A DNA stretch of 61,669 nt, filler included, from Choristocarpus tenellus KU-1152 (Eukaryota; Protista; Phaeophyceae), in NCBI GenBank assembly GCA_964200185.2. It is 10 parts of 10 records of this genome, joined end to end, with 100 filler letters (N's around TTAATTAATTAA, not from the genome) between each part and the next. Parts side by side here need not be neighbours in the genome. Positions count along the whole stretch, not along the records: positions 20,939 to 34,011 come from CAXNAD020001596.1; positions 34,112 to 40,624 come from CAXNAD020007971.1; 8 more parts are not named here. The stretch is one strand, 5' to 3'. Shown one piece after another: positions 23,887-36,176 of this stretch (position 1 is its first letter; each line of letters opens with the position of its first letter). The position numbers and the translations under genes were made by a program. The notes under the pieces were generated by a model. That model did no database searches, was not told the DNA's origin, and saw only the letters and a program-made list of their open reading frames with translations.

Positions 23887-26800
23887 CGCAGATAGAGGCA
23901 ATATGTGGTATGTACAATGAAGCTGGTTTTTAGTGTCCTACCTTTAAGTAATTCAATGATTACTTCTTCAACGCTTCGTACATTGTTGCTTACAAGATAT
24001 GTTATAACCTGAACTCCAAGGAATAGAGAGTAGCTCTCAATTGTTGACATTTTTTTTTTCTCGTCTTCAATGTGCTACATCATTAAGTCCCATGTGTAAT
24101 TCTGTGAAGACGCGCTCCTGCTTAAATTCCTGTTCTCACCCCTAGCCTTGTTTCCATAACCCTTGTTTTTTTTTGTTCAGTCTGCTCTTAGACTGTCATT
24201 AGAAACGGTCATGCACTGACTTTGCTCTGTACATATGGTTGGATACATTTGGAGTGTGTACTCTGGTGAAAATAGTAAATTACAATATGTTTATAGGATA
24301 ACATAGTTGTCCAAGAGATGATGAAAAAAAGCATGTGCACTTTGAGGATATAGATGCACGTATTCAAGCAATAGTCGAGAGTAGATACCACATGCAAGCA
24401 AAACTCGATGCAGTCCAGAACTTCCAAGACAGTGAAGAAAAACCTTCAGCATTTTAACTCATTTTGATTGATGACCCTGTAGCATGATCTGTGTGTGGAA
24501 GGCTCTCGACAGGATGACAAGTCCAGGGAAGCAGCACATGTTACTGCATCACTTGACTACCCCAGAGGTGTCCTTAGTCAACCTTAGAAGCCGTTACAAG
24601 TATTGGAGATTTTTTTTTTTTACATAGCTTTTTTTTCGTCTCATCATCCCTTCCTAATCAATGCCTGTCAACTGCCCAAGTTGTTAATCAGTGCATTAAC
24701 TGAAGCAAGAGGTAATTTGGCGGTGATGACACAAGACCATACCAACGTCTTGGTACCAGGATTGCACTACATGTGTAATTCCTCAGGAGGTGCCCTCTGT
24801 TTACATTATCCCCCCCATACTAAGGAAGCACCCCTCTCACCCATTTCATTATTTTTTTTATATATTTTTTTCTTTCGAATTTTAGCCAGCTTTTTTTTAG
24901 GGTCGTTCATGATATTTTGAACCTTTTTGATATTTTTTTACTGTTTTTTTTCCCCCTTTTTGCACCCCTAACTGATATTTCTCTGTGTTTTTTGCGGCCC
25001 ATCAACACCTTCAGCTGAATTTTTCTTCAAAGGTCTTGGCCCATTTGTGGTATGTATGTCAGGCTTGAGGTACATACATACGCATCCACCGCTATGTCTA
25101 TCGCCTACCACTGTGTGATTATTTTTGAAGTATTGTCATGTTGGCACTAATGTTGTGCCCCAAGAAAATTTGCATCAAGAAATAGGGTGATGTAATGATT
25201 TCATTTCTTCAAATTGTAGTACCTAAGTCCTAGAAGTTGAGTGAAGGGGTCTCTCTGCACACACTCTGAGCAGCCACTCCTGTACAGGTTTCCTTTCCTA
25301 TTTTTTCCTTGTGCGCTAGGTGAGGATCAAGTGATCGGATTGGATGAACCTGATAGGATCCCAATTTTTTTTTTTCACCTTTGTGCTCACTGTACCTGGT
25401 CGAGTGTGACAATGCTGCTGATGCCCTAACCCCAGAATTTGGCGTTTGTGTGTGTGTGTTACACCTGGGTTTGTCTTCAGTGCAACCTTCATAGATACAA
25501 AAAAAGGCGTTTCTCTTTTTTGTTTCTTTTCTTTTTCTACATCGAGATAGAAAAAAAAATTCGCAATTTCTCTCAAGTGGGGTGCATCACCCTCTTCTGA
25601 CTAACCTTCGATCGTGTGCTTGGGATCCCTCAGACTAATGTGAACAATGATATATAATCGCAAGGTTTGACTCTTGCGGAGGAAGTGAACCATGCCTCAC
25701 TCATGTATCTGCTTACCAGTATCCCTCCGCCTCCTTGGTTTGCATTTCTTGCTCCCTCTCTGGATCAAACAATCCACAGGAAGACCTCCTACGTTGAAAA
25801 ACGTGTAGAACTTGACCGATGTTCTGTCCCTCCATAAAAAATAGTGACAACATGTACAATCCCTCTGAAGGTATGTCCCAACTCAGGCCTGTCACTACTC
25901 CATAACCCTAACCCTAATAAAACGTACCACAATGTAAAACCTCCCTTTAGATCTAAGAAAAACGTGCATTTGCGTATCTGTGCACACAACTTAATGTGGA
26001 AGCAGAGTACCGGTATGTATTTCACTGCATTATCCCAACCCAGCTGCAGCAGAGGTAGAATCACGGTGGGTGACTGTGAGTCCCTCTGGTTCACTTATCT
26101 GCAAGCCTTAGGGCTCACCTCATTTCAAGTCAAACCCTAGTGCTCAGTATGGAGTCGCTCAGTCTGGTTGATCTACCTCCCTCAGTAATAACGCACAATT
26201 GAGATAGTTGTCACAATAGAGTCCACTCGGTTTGGCAGCATGAGCACAGGCAATATGCACGCTTGGACAGATGTATGCATTCAAATCTCCACCCTCTGCA
26301 TCCCAAAGATTCCGAAAATTTAAGGCAACGACTCCCTTGTCGTCCATATGCACGATGCACTGTTGTCACACTGCATTATGTCTGGCGTTTAGGTGTCACA
26401 GAATTGCATGCCCAGTGCAAACTTGGTGTGTATGGCGTCACAGCAGTTGAATAGGGGAATAACCCTTGTTCTGACAAACCTCTTACCGACAAATGTCTGT
26501 TACGGACAATCTTATGAAGTAGTGCAGCTCCATGACTCCCTTCCCGGATCGTGTTGCAGGCGAGGGTCAAAGTATCAGCCATAAGGTTGTACTCATTTAA
26601 CTAGGTGCTGGAAGGCAAAACTATCCTGAGTCACAACTGTCACCTTAGTGTGTTAATACCTACCAAGGTCAAGCTATTGTCTTTGCCTTTGCCTTTGCCT
26701 TTGCCTTGCTAATAATAATTATTTGAAATGCATCGGCATAGAATACGAGCACCCTATTAACTAAATGCCCTCGCAAGGAATTTGCAGCATACAAATAGAG

Positions 26801-27054
26801 TTCATTAGATTGCATGTAATTTCTGTACTTGACATGTTCTACGCATAACACGGCAGTCACGTCCTAAGGCGCTCTGGATAATTTCTTACATTTCACACTG
26901 TGGAACAGGGCACAGTCTGCAGTTTTGCCGTAATTACACTCGAATCCTCCATTATCACGCTGTGCAAGCCTTCGATTGCCATCAATACGTACTGGCCACA
27001 CGATTCGGGGTATCAGACCGCTAGGCAAGTGACACAGATTGGTATCGCTTGGAT

Positions 27055-27741
27055 CTAACTTCCTCGGTAAGTAGTGTAACCGAATGGACTGAGGAGCAAT
27101 GGCACATGGTAGTGCTGGGAGGTGTCCTTGATACAGAACACGATGGTGACTTCAGGGTAGAAGAAAGCTTCCCCAATGAGGCGGTAGTACGTGCCAGTGT
27201 CAAACCGGACCCGATAAGTGCCAACAACGATTGCCTGAAGGCAACAAACAATACAGAGGAAATATATGAGGTTAGGGCATTTAGATCAGCACGGTTCACT
27301 GTTGAGTCATTGCGAAGATCGCTCACCCTGTCTTCGTTCTTTAGCAATTCCCCAACACACCCGTCACTAAGGTCTTCCTCACCCTAACATTTTTGACATT
27401 ATTATTGCGGCACAGTGGGTATGGCAACGAGAAACCAAAGCTGCAGAACGTGCTCCAATATTGACGAAGAAAATCAGCTTCATACTTACCGAATTTTGTT
27501 CCATGAGGTCGGGTGCACGACCATCCTCGTTGGTGGTAGTGCTTCCAAGGAGCTCCCACTGATCATTATTCAATCGTTCCAGCGTTAGGGGCAACCCGTG
27601 TGCTGGAGTCCCTCTGGTCGTGTCTAGCGCGTGAGCAGTGATCGGTGGACGGGGCTGATTCATACTTCCAGTCACTGACGGAATAACCCTACCTGTTCGA
27701 AGGACGCGTGAGATCTGAGCAACCCGTTCGGCTGATGGCAT
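27055..27741 (-). CDS. URAH: 5-hydroxyisourate hydrolase (transthyretin-like); exons 27490-27741, 27055-27234
   Basis: PITAHALDTTRGTPA, TNEDGR, GTYRVRFDTGTYY, FYPEVTIVF, HYHVPLLLSPFGYTTYRGS*. The diagnostic C-terminal YRGS is present. Confidence 0.96.
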
Positions 27742-28046
27742 GACTACAACACTTGGTAAAGGTTCTTCAAAAAAACTTCACATGATCTAAAATAATTTTG
27801 CACCTCCGGGGGAATGATGTGTAGGATGAACCTGAACCCACACAACCAGATCAAATCGAACGGGTGAGTGACACAGCGACATTGTCATTTGGTGAGCACG
27901 ACTTGTACCTTGTGGTAGAAGTAGATAGCTGATACAGTGAGCGAATATCTGAGCTGCCTCGATGTCGAGGAGAGAGATAAGAGGAGAGATCATAATTTGC
28001 ATGAACAATTTCAATATTGCGCGTGGTAGTCGGTACTTGAATCTCC

Positions 28047-28778
28047 ATGATAAGCAAGAAGTCGATTGCCTTGGACGCGATGACTATGTGCTATAACATG
28101 GGTGGTAACCATTACTCAATATACAGTGGTGGCAAGGTGACCCCAATGGTGAGTGCGAATTGAGGAGGAAAACGTTAACCATCGGAATATCTAGTGATAT
28201 GACGATATCTCCTTGTAGGTCCTGCAAGAGCAATCGAGAGGAGAGAGGGAGGAAGAGCTGTGGGATGACAGCAGATGGCTAGGCGATGTTCCAGACGTCG
28301 CAGAACAAACTGAGACGTACCATACGTGTAGCCATTTTTCTGCACTTGTGCAGACTAGTTGCAAGTAATGTTGGAGTCTCAAGGGTGGGGGAGTCGATTG
28401 TCACACATGAGGAGTGGATATGATGTTGGAGTCTCAAGGGTGGGGAAGTCGATTGTCACACATACAGAGAGGAGTGGATATGATGTAGTTTCACTGCTTG
28501 GGTGGTGCACAAAACGAAGCTAAGTAATGGAGTATGGATCAGCAAGTATCGATCTGTTTCTATAGTTGCAAGAGAGAGCCAAAAAGTTTAGTTGAAAGAA
28601 AAGTCAGTGAAGAAGGATGGTTGGCCTCCATCCTCCTTGCATGTGTTGTTGATGCAGGATCGTTGAACTGGATGATATTCTTCAGCAAATAGTTGTACAG
28701 GTTGAGCGCAGTAAGTGGGAAACGACAGTCCAGAAGTTCGACATTCGACACATTAACTGTTTGTCTCACCTGGTGTGA
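28047..28778 (+). CDS. Possible small hypothetical spliced gene (about 28047-28149, 28219-28316, 28657-28778)
   Basis: Phase-compatible GT-AG junctions give MISKKSIALDAM...|VLQEQSRGEREEELWDDSRWLGD...T|IVELDDILQQIVVQVERSKWETTVQKFDIRHINCLSHLV*. No recognisable domain. Confidence 0.3.
28370..28486 (+). repeat. Tandem duplication of a 55-60 bp unit
   Basis: tgttggagtctcaagggtgggg.agtcgattgtcacacat...gaggagtggatatga occurs twice. Confidence 0.85.
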
Positions 28779-29355
28779 GAAGGAGAGACCTCGGTAAGTT
28801 GTTATGGACGCCTTAGAAGTAAAAATACGTTACAGGTCTTCTAACATTTTGCAGATTCATCAGGGAAAAGTCAAAACCAAAACCGAAAAAATATTCCAAC
28901 GGTTGCAGAAAATACAACAACAGTTGCCGTCAATGATAAGACACCCCCCTAAAATATTTACTATTGAAAACGAACATAACAACAATGTCCTGTTTATAGG
29001 TGGTTGGTTCATTACTAATTTAAGTCATGTTCACACTCCTATGCTTCTAACGTGGTTTATTTGTACGAATGTGGGTAAGGACCTAGGGAAGGATCCCTAG
29101 AACCCGTCAGGTTCCTTCTTGCCCACCTACCTCCACGGGCTCTACGTCCAAACACATGAGTGTCTTAACAGACCTACTTTCGCAATAACATCAAGGGAAA
29201 ACTGAAGTAGGTTTGTATTTTTCATTTTGTTAGAAAAACAAAAACATCATACAGGATTATCATAGTATCATACACCCACATTTTCACACATATGCCGTAT
29301 GTATATACGAAGTTCATCTTTGCCCTCTACAACATAATATGACACAAATTTTGGG

Positions 29356-31449
29356 ATGAATGTGTGGGTTGCGGTAAGGAAAGTCGTCCCTTCACATAGT
29401 AGACGTCCCTTTTTTCATGCGATCTTACCGATCTGCTTTGTGTGCATTGTGCACCTTCAATGCTTGGTGTCGCTTCAAGTGGGAGTAGGACCGAGAAGAA
29501 CTGTCCCTTCTTTCGCCTCCAGGTTACGAAAGCGTCCAGTTGTTGTGGAATGTTCGAGATGCACAGCTTTGGGTTCTGAAGGATCTTCAAATGATAAAGA
29601 AGACTTAATGGTGAGATTTAGAAACCGTTTGGGTCCTGGCGACTCGTGTTCATTCCGTGCTAGTATTGTCAGGCTCTCCGTTTTGAGACTAAAATACCAT
29701 CTATGTGTCACATCTCTCCTGAGAAAAAAATCACCATAACCAAGTGACCTCTCATGAACCCTCTTTTTCCTACCCTAAAGATGAGTCGGTGGGCACGACC
29801 GCTTTTGTATCTAAGGGCAGAAGTACAAGGAGCAGTCGAACGCCTGGGTTGGCCACCGCTATTAGCAAGGGATTGGGTGACTGATGATAGAAGTGGAGAC
29901 CGGGAAATGACCCCGGGTAAGGTGGAGATCAAGGGGAATACTCGAAACTTAAGCGTACTGCAGTGGAACGTCCTCAGTGATGGTCTAAGCGGAGACCACC
30001 CGAACCAAGGAGGGTTTGTGAGGTCCCCACCAGACAGCCTGGACTGGCAAAAACGGAAGTACGATTATGGTGTGCGCCACCCTTCCAAACGAAATTTTGT
30101 TCCACCCTTTTTACTTCATTTATAGAAGCCTTCTGCACTATTTCATTACCCGCCCTTTGACGCTTTCACCATTTGGAAAAACATTTGTGGGGAGTGCTGT
30201 CGACCAGTTTACATATTTCGCGTTTTGTATGTGTAGCGAAGTTCTTTCAGTGTACGTCATGCTTGCCAAAGAAATCCCACCAAGATGAGCAGGAACGCTC
30301 ACCTACACCCCCACATCGGTCTTCCTATATCCCCCAAGATGGCGCATTTTGGAAGAGGTTTTATCGTGGGATTGTGACGTCTTAACACTGCAAGAGGTGG
30401 ATCACCATGAGGACTGGCTCTCACCGCAACTAGAGCGAGTGGGCTACCGAGGGGTGTTTATCAAGAAACCTGCCGCGCCAGCGCTGGACTATGGGTCAGA
30501 TCTTGAGGATGGTTGCTCCATATTTTATAGGTCTGACCGTCTGGAGCTGCTAGACTTTCGGGGTTTCACCTACTGTGTCCCAGAGAATGGAGACACGAAT
30601 GTCGAGGCTGATGACATCACCTCAACAGGAGTAGAGGCAAGGAAAATGCCAAGGGTGGTTCAGAACCAAGTCGCTGCCCTGGGGCTTTTTCGATTCACCC
30701 CGTCTTCTGAGGATCGATCTGAGAGGGAGGAGGTGCAACAGCTGGGGAAGAAAGTAGATGAAGGTGGCACGGGTTCATTAGTGGTGCTGGCCACAACACA
30801 CCTCAAGGCTTCTAAGGAGGAGAAAGGAGAGTTGATACGGGCTCAGCAGGTGATGATTTGTACTCTCTTCTTCGAGTGTGCGTTCAGATTTTGACAACAG
30901 CTTTGCAATATTATGGTAACATGTGGTTGTGTACCTTGGTGCTTTCTGCATGTTCTGCAGGTTAAACAGCTCCTGGATGAAGTGCAGAGGTTCCGCTCCT
31001 TGCACACTTCCAGTCGTGGCCTGAACGCACAAGATGTCCCTGTAGTTGTCACTGGTGACTTCAATGCCATCCCGCACACATTCTTGGGACCCAGTAAATA
31101 CAAGCCTCAATGCTTTAATACAATCTTGCAGCACCCTCTCAAACTCCGCTCAGCCTTCGATGTCGATTCTGTGTTCACCACTTGGAAAATACGACCAAAG
31201 TCTGGTGAGACAAACGCCTGCAGGGCTGGTGGACAAGACACTGACTCGGGGGGGTTAGAGGCGGTCGATACTATTGAATCGAAGCACTGCATTGACTATA
31301 TTTGGGTCTCTGAGGGCGTGGAGGTTGCGCAGGAGTCAACCATGCCCACTGGCGAGGCCCTTGGGCCGCCCAGAGCCCCATCCTATGTTTACCCATCGGA
31401 TCACTTTGCTCTTGCTGTTAAGCTGCAGCTACCACAACTCCTGGGCTGA
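29356..31449 (+). CDS. NOCT: Nocturnin-like EEP (CCR4 family) phosphatase; exons 29356-29610 (tentative), 29781-30058, 30339-30849, 30961-31449
   Basis: VLQWNVLSDGL, LDWQKRKWRILEEV, DVLTLQEVDH, DGCSIFY, QVAAL, ATTHLKA, VTGDFNA, FTTWKIR, CIDYIW, YPSDHFAL. QEVDH, TTHLKA and TTWKIR are nocturnin-type motifs. Confidence 0.9.
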
Positions 31450-33472
31450 GTGAGGCACTTTTCATTATCAGACTTTCCAGCATACTTTGAAGATGGTAAG
31501 GTCAAGTGAATGTATCGGAATGAGTAGTTGCAGGTGGAGGATTCTTTAGATTAAAGTCTTGTGCGCAAAAGGCATGGGTAGTTTGAGAAAATAGATTCTA
31601 CTGCAGCAACTCAGTCTGGTTCCCCTTATGTGGTCTATCTTGGATGGTTTAGAAATGAATTTTGGTTGTTTAGAGATGAAGTTAGTGGGGCATTCTTCAC
31701 CTAGGACACATCTCCTCTGCCTATGCAGTGCCATCCAAAACTTTCCAATAGTCATACAGCATGTGTGGGTTGGTTCTGATATTTGAAAGGGCAGGTGCAG
31801 CTGCGAACTGCAGTGAATAGGATAGGTTCCCAGGGAGAATGAGGAGCAATTCAAGGAGGCCGTTTTGATTGGTTTTATTTTTTTCTTGGTATTGTTTTGC
31901 TCCAATCAAAATACTGGAACAAGCAAAACTGGAAACGCTGATTGTTTTGCTTTCTAGGTCGAGTCTCTAGAAGCTGGTGAGTCGAAAGGAGAGTTATACC
32001 TTGTAGGTTGGAACCATTGTCCGCAACACAGTCATGATGAAGTGTGCAATACGTTTATGCCTGTCGTCAGTTGCCAGTCTACTCTGGACAACCTCCTTAA
32101 GCTTTTGTTCGCCAAACTGAGAGGAGCTTAGAGATGGAAGCAGTGGTGACAAAAGCATTTTGCTTGTGAATATTCAACACCAACAAGAGGGTTTCGTGTT
32201 AGACAATACTTGAGGTACCAAGAAGAGACAGGGTCAATGCAAAAGACTCTACCTGTCTTTCTGTTTGGTATGTAATGTGTCCACTAACTTTGCTTGGTTT
32301 CATGTGTGACATTTTGGTTTTGAAACCAAGCCAATAGTTATAGTTCAAATTGACATATCTAATAGTATGCCCTTGACTATTATGTACAGAGGGAAGGAAG
32401 CATCTTGACAAATGGCTGCTACAGTGCTTGTACAAAGATTGATACTACTGATACGAACCTAAGAGTTCTAGTACAACAGAACAACACAGGCGACTATGAC
32501 TGGGATCAGGATCAGTTCAAAGACACAAAGGCGCAATTGCAGGCCTCCAGATGATTAAACTGGTTGAGTGGTGTTGTTGGTAACAACTGAGAGCAATTGT
32601 ACATGTGCCAACGCATAAAAAGATCTATCTATTGTGAATGCTACAATAATGCTACTATTCTCCTTAAGAGCCGTAGTAACTTAGTGGGGGGTGCTGCTGA
32701 GATTTTTGGAGCCTCTGTGACTGTATTATGGTACATGCCGCCTTAGCACTCTGTAGGACAATTTCACACTTGCATGGATGAACTTAAGTATCCTCTTCCA
32801 CAGTCACAACCTTTCTCATGGGGGTCAGTCGCATCTTGGGCATGGTTATGAGGGTCTTAGGCAGAAGATTTTGTAAGCGTCTAAATCCCTAAACGCCTTA
32901 GATAGGAGATCCTCTCTAGTGTAAACCTGTACTCCAATGTGTTGGGGTATAGCAGGGTGTACTGTCCAGGTACTGTTGTGAGGTTCTGGTGCAGCCAAAG
33001 TGTAGTAGGAGCTCTATAGTACATTGCATCCCTAGAGGATAGTTTTGAATAGCATGATAAACCCTGCAGAGATGTGTCAGCAGCGCCAAACAATTGTTTG
33101 GATAAGGGGGGTTGCCGTTTTGAGCTGGGTAATAGAATAAAGAATGAGCATACGAAGACTTATCCAAGCACAACTTGCAAGCCCTAGCAATTGCGCCTTC
33201 ATTCCAATTCAATTTTGGAGGCAGGGGCGAGAGAGATCAATAGGGAGAGACTTTTTTTTTTCTGCAGGTGATGATGATGGGACATGCTCAATGACGGCTT
33301 GTGAGGGGTGCACAACAAAAATAACTAAACCTAGCTACTTCTAACATCAATCAAGTGCATTCTTGGGTCCCCTTGAAAGTGCGTAACTAGGTAGTCCTAT
33401 TTGCTATATGCAAGACAACCTGGACAGAGGGGTTACCATGGCTGTAGTGCACACACAAGTATTCGTGCCACA

Positions 33473-33531
<59 letters not shown>

Positions 33532-33679
33532 ACATATATATATCCCTGATTTTTCCCATGTACCCTGTGCAGTAACACCACAAGTAGGCATACATAATCG
33601 CCCAGAGCTTTCTTAGCTGGAACGCAACGTACTCCAGAGCACAGAGCACTTGTGACATAGGAATGATCTGATTTCAATA

Positions 33680-33960
33680 CTAGTGGTAGAAGTGCATCCC
33701 AAACGTGACTGTCTTTGTAATGTACTCTCGATCTCTCACATAGTCATCTGGCATATCCCATCGAGATTCTCGACTGACTCTGTTATAGTAGAAGGTGCCA
33801 CCACCCTGTTTGTCCGTGTAGGGTACCCATTGGCCGTATGCAGCAGCTGCTCGCCGCTGCTTCTCAGCTTCCTCTTTGGAATCCTTGACATTGGCAAGCT
33901 TGAGCCGATCCTCCTCTTCTCTCTTGAGCCTCCACCGGATCTTTTCTTCCACCTCGCCCT
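33680..33960 (-). CDS. Terminal exon of a WW-domain protein; upstream exons lost in the gap
   Basis: GQWVPYTDKQGGGTFYYNRVSRESRWDMP (W..YYN..W.P) after a coiled-coil. Acceptor ctgttag at 33961, stop at 33680. Confidence 0.8.
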
Positions 33961-34378
33961 CTAACAGACAGAAGGCCTCTTCTTCTCGGACTACCTTTTT
34001 TTTTTTGTCCCNNNNNNNNNNNNNNNNNNNNNNNNNNNNNNNNNNNNNNNNNNNNTTAATTAATTAANNNNNNNNNNNNNNNNNNNNNNNNNNNNNNNNN
34101 NNNNNNNNNNNGGAGGATGAAGGGGGAGGGGGGGGGGAGGAAGGCACGGGAGGGGAAAAGGAAAGGGGAGAGTGGATAAGCCAACCAACCACCCGTGTAG
34201 GGTGCAGGCTGCTAAACTACTCAAGGGACACACTCTCAACAACAAAGCAAAGCCTGACTGCATCTCAACAGCTTGTACCAGAACAAAAATTACACCTGTC
34301 CCATGAAAATGCAGTACAAAAGGGCACAACTACTAATATTTTTTTATTATCACTATTAATATTATTATTATTATTATT

Positions 34379-34413
<35 letters not shown>

Positions 34414-34864
34414 TGTTATCTTCACATTAGTCTGAGGATATCCCGACCCTGATCTGTGGCCAGTAGCGCTACACACTGCACTGTTACTAATACTTCTCAC
34501 ACTATAAATAACTGCTGACTGAGATGTAACTGTTTCTTACACTAAAACCAAGTGTACTGCTTCTATTGCTGCCTTGCTTCTGGCAACTTGGGTTCAGCAT
34601 GACATGACCACATCCCACTAACCCCACAAGGGTCAAACGCTGTAATGAGATCTAAATCTATATCCCATGACCCACTGTCAAACCCCCCCACCCCCCACCC
34701 CCCGGTGTCACACAAACCATAATCATAAGAAAGGCAAATAGAGTGGGGGGTGGGATAGAGGCTAGGTTGAGCATATTGAATCACATGGTAACACTTGCCT
34801 ATACATACCTCAATGAGATGAAGCAGGAGGAGACTATTTGCATCTTGTTCTTGCCATCAGACAA

Positions 34865-34899
<35 letters not shown>

Positions 34900-36176
34900 T
34901 AATAATAGCAGTAATAACAGTCTTGATGATAATAGTAACGACAGTAATGATTAGATACTGGCAGGTTACAAAACGCCTACAATATTCTAAGTACTTTGCA
35001 CTCCCTCCTCAAAAATGAAGTATCACTCTTGTTGAACATAAGAAAATTAGACCTCATCAATTAATCTCCAGAGAAAATAAAAACGTTCTCCATACAGAAA
35101 TGTCATGTCATCTCAACAGCGACTTTAAGAGCTTCAGTAAACTTCCCCTGATTGCAGTAAACTTCCACTGATTGTACAGTCACAACCAAAAGAGGAACAT
35201 AACCCACCCACGGAAAAGAGGAACACGCCTTCCAACAGACATTGCAACACCACTCAAACAACTCACCTCAATGCCACACACTGGTCCAAGGGCAAGACAA
35301 TACAGAGCTCGTCAGCAAAACACTAAAAAATTGAACAAAAAAGAACAATTTTGCCGGACCTATCAGGGCTTATTCACTACAGTCAAGAACTTCAATTACC
35401 CCATCAACAAAAAAAAAACGAAACACATGCCCTCATGCAACGAAACGATCATTCCGATCCAACAGGTCCACAAATATTTTTAGATGATTACGTAATGTGT
35501 GTATGACTTAGCTCCCCCAATACGCTGTGTTTGACTCCACTGTCCATGGAACCCTCCCAAGGCCATCTTACAAGCGATCATATGAATCTGATGGATAACT
35601 CTGAGAGCCAAATAGGCACCTGGTCATCGAGCCAGGGAGATGGTACCATCAAAGAATGAAAGGGGTCTGTGCAAATCCTACAAGAAACAAGAACACTATT
35701 CTCAGGGGCAAGCTCAGAATCCCATGCTACTAGATATATTCTTCAACTTCAACCACCAGGAAACGTCATGTTGATAGAGCATCAGGTCCTTGGATTCTTT
35801 CTTCAAGCGATTTCTTCACAGATATCATCACAGACTTCAGTAAAAAAGAGACAAACAGCACGCTATCAACTCCATCAAATGGTAATAAAACTCTTCACAG
35901 AACTACCCACCTTCTACTGACAGCCCGAATGATACTAGCATGAATAAACTTTCTCCCCACAAATATTACCTCTACACCAAAACAAACATGTGCAACAATA
36001 CTACAAGCAAACCTCATCCACTCTACCAGCTTCCGCTTCAACCCCCTAATAGACCATCCAAAGACCACCCTCCAATGCCAAGATTGCCTCAATGCCCTGC
36101 ACCCAACTTCCATTAGAATTTTACAGAGAGGGGGGGGAGGGAAGGGAGGGAGAATGACATCAGCATCAAAACCCAC

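Noticed and set aside
25230-26582. Possible minus-strand spliced gene (MADTLTLAC..., EAEGYW|gtaag)
   Set aside because: Some good donor sites, but I could not build a consistent model or recognise a domain.
27049-27387. 112-aa plus-strand ORF and similar antisense ORFs (6068-6688, 6707-7111, 36862-37188, 45554-46024)
   Set aside because: These are shadow or alternative frames of real exons.
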